Below, piece by piece: positions 62,336 to 64,000 of a stretch of 64,000 nt of DNA. Each line of letters opens with the position of its first letter. The first letter of the stretch is position 1. Source of the DNA: Candidatus Krumholzibacteriota bacterium. Lineage in GTDB: Bacteria > Krumholzibacteriota > Krumholzibacteriia > JACNKJ01. Under the pieces are notes generated by a model that made no database searches, had not been told where the DNA came from, and saw only the letters and a program-made list of their open reading frames with translations. A program made the position numbers and the translations under genes. The stretch lies in NCBI GenBank assembly GCA_016933175.1, contig JAFGBK010000070.1:101866-165865 (forward strand), written 5' to 3'.

Positions 62336-63724
62336 CTAGTCGGTCGGCTCGAGCCCGATGATGCAGTAGTCCTCCCCGGTCGTGTCGAGGAGGGAGTCCC
62401 GGAAGGCCGCGGCGGCCGCCAGGTCCGGGAAGGGTCCCACGCAGAGGCGGTACCAGTCGCGGTCGCGCACGCGGGCGCGCCGCAGGATGATGCCGATGCG
62501 GTCGAAGCCGCGCTCGCGACCGCTGCGCGCGGCCAGGGTGCTGTCGAGATAGGACTCGACCATGACATGGAAGGCGCCCGCGTGGTCCTGGGCCACCTGC
62601 CACGTGGCGCGGCTCTCGTAGCGCCGGCGCGGGGCGGCGGTCTCCCCACCGCCGGCCGCGGACGGCGGCCCGGCGTCCGCGTCGTTCCGCGCCGGCGCGG
62701 CGGCCGGTCCGGCTGGTGCCGTCGCGGCGTCCCGGACTCCGGCGGCCGCATCGTCCAGCGGCGGAGCATCCGCCGCCCGCGAGGCGAGAGCCGCCAGGGA
62801 ATCCTCCGCGGCCCGGCCGAGGCTGTCCGGTGTCGAGCGCTCCCCCTGCCAGGGCAGCGCGGCGCGGTCGGGCAAGGCGCGCAGGTTGCGCTCGGGGGCG
62901 CCCGCCTCGGCGCCGCGCGGCGGGGCCGGCGGCGCGGCCTCGCGGCGCCCGAGGAACCACCAGATCCCGAGGAGGATGACCACCACCGCCGCCGCCAGCA
63001 GGAACCAGAGGCGGTAGCGCGGCGGGTCGTCCTGGAGGTCGGGCACGGGCAGGCGCCGCGGCGCGTCGGAGCCGGTGTCCTCCGCCGCCATTCCGCCCGG
63101 CGCGGCCATCTCCCTCCGCGCGATGTGCGGCGGCACCGGCGGCGCTTCCGCCGCGACGGGCGGCGGCGCGGGGGCCTCCGCGGCCGGCGCTTCCGCCGCC
63201 AGGACGAGCCGGAAGGCGGCCGCCTGCCGCATGGCGTCCAGCAGACCCTCGGCGTCGCCGGCGTCGGCGAGGATCAGGATCCGCTCGGACGCTGCGGCCA
63301 GGCGCCGCAGGGAACGAGCCGGCTCCTCGGGCGCGTCCAGGGGCAGGGACCAGGGCCCGCCGGCGGGGATCCACCTGCCGGCCGCGCCTTCCCGGGTCCG
63401 CCCCAGGGCCTGCGGACTCACGCCGTAGAGCAGCAGCTCCGTGAAGCCCTCGGCGCCGGGGGCGAAGAGCGCGCTGGTGAAGGGCGCCGCCGGGTGGGCG
63501 TCCACCACCAGGACCGTGCGGCCGGCGCCCTCCCAGTGCGCGGCGAGTCGCTCGGCCAGGCGGGGCAGCTCCTCGCCGCCCGCCTGGGCCTCCACGAGCA
63601 GCAGCGCGCCGCCCGCGGGCGGCGCCGCGGCGTCCATGGCCGCGGCGATCTCCTCCACCAGCTCCGCGATGGCGGGGCCGCCACCGGGGCGCGGGGGCCA
63701 GGCGAGACGACGCGTGGTGCTCAT
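62336..63724 (-). CDS. Bitopic protein: degenerate MinD/ParA/BY-kinase-like N-domain, Pro/Ala linker, TM helix, C-terminal SPOR domain
   Basis: LAERLAAHW..AGRTVLVVDAHP...LF...EGFTELL; TM LWFLLAAAVVVILLGIWWFL; SPOR pattern FHVMVESY...WYRLCVGPFPDLAAA. Confidence 0.7.
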   Translation of the reverse strand: MSTTRRLAWPPRPGGGPAIAELVEEIAAAMDAAAPPAGGALLLVEAQAGGEELPRLAERLAAHWEGAGRTVLVVDAHPAAPFTSALFAPGAEGFTELLLYGVSPQALGRTREGAAGRWIPAGGPWSLPLDAPEEPARSLRRLAAASERILILADAGDAEGLLDAMRQAAAFRLVLAAEAPAAEAPAPPPVAAEAPPVPPHIARREMAAPGGMAAEDTGSDAPRRLPVPDLQDDPPRYRLWFLLAAAVVVILLGIWWFLGRREAAPPAPPRGAEAGAPERNLRALPDRAALPWQGERSTPDSLGRAAEDSLAALASRAADAPPLDDAAAGVRDAATAPAGPAAAPARNDADAGPPSAAGGGETAAPRRRYESRATWQVAQDHAGAFHVMVESYLDSTLAARSGRERGFDRIGIILRRARVRDRDWYRLCVGPFPDLAAAAAFRDSLLDTTGEDYCIIGLEPTD

Positions 63725-64000
63725 GCGGACGCAGCCTCCTTGTTCAGGGCTCGCAGCAGAACGCGGGCCAGTATCGGGATCTCCTCGGGCGGCAGGGCCG
63801 CCATGTCCAGCAGCAGCTCCTCGCGCCGGACGACGCCCAGCACCGCCGGGTCGGCCTCGCGCAGGCGGGCCGCCAGGCGCCCGGCCGGGCAGCCGGCGAG
63901 GCGCAGGCGCAGGGCGGCGCTTGGCCAGTCGGCCTCGGCGGCGGCGCCGCCGCCGCTGCGGGCCTCGCTGTCCACCACCACCGCGTCCAGCGCCGGCGGA
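63721..64000 (-). CDS. selA: L-seryl-tRNA(Sec) selenium transferase, C-terminal part (runs in from the window edge)
   Basis: SEARSGGGAAAEADWPSAAL...LAARLREADPAVLGVVRREELLLDMAAL..EE resembles the SelA C-terminus (S..GGGS.P...PS......LR...P.V.G......LLLD.R.L). Only about 90 aa are visible. Confidence 0.68.
   Translation of the reverse strand, partial: PPALDAVVVDSEARSGGGAAAEADWPSAALRLRLAGCPAGRLAARLREADPAVLGVVRREELLLDMAALPPEEIPILARVLLRALNKEAASA

Overview
A very GC-rich, gene-dense bacterial chromosome segment with 48 plausible CDS, 47 of them on the minus strand. In transcription order (right to left) it contains: the 3' end of selA, a SPOR-domain membrane protein, smc, ftsY and a GT-C/TPR membrane protein; one plus-strand PP-loop tRNA thiolase-like gene; an FMN riboswitch followed by ribD-ribE-ribBA-ribH-nusB, which runs on into methyltransferase, GT4 and flippase-like genes; a 15-gene, about 22 kb, translationally coupled glycosylation operon (DUF2723/TMEM260-like GT-C, epimerase, GT2s, YfhO-like GT-C, polyprenol-P-mannose synthase, a GT2/pseudo-phosphoglycosyltransferase fusion, a PorZ-like propeller protein, PglF/CapD dehydratase, DegT aminotransferase, FemAB-like GNAT, Wzx, two GT4, GT-C); two gingipain-like C25 peptidases whose C-terminal sorting tails are a near-identical 105-bp repeat; a lipoprotein; an orphan histidine kinase; and the dcw cluster (mraZ, STAS, rsmH, ftsL, ftsI, murE, murF, mraY, murD, ftsW, murG, murC, murB, ftsQ, partial ftsA). 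The content suggests a high-GC FCB-superphylum organism outside Bacteroidota (inference). The best candidate for an undescribed system is a co-located pathway that attaches CTD-bearing secreted proteins to a glycolipid and/or O-glycosylates exported proteins. No rRNA, tRNA, CRISPR array or transposase/integrase was recognised. All family calls come from motifs recognised by eye, not from database searches, and many start codons were re-picked from SD sites and stop/start overlaps.
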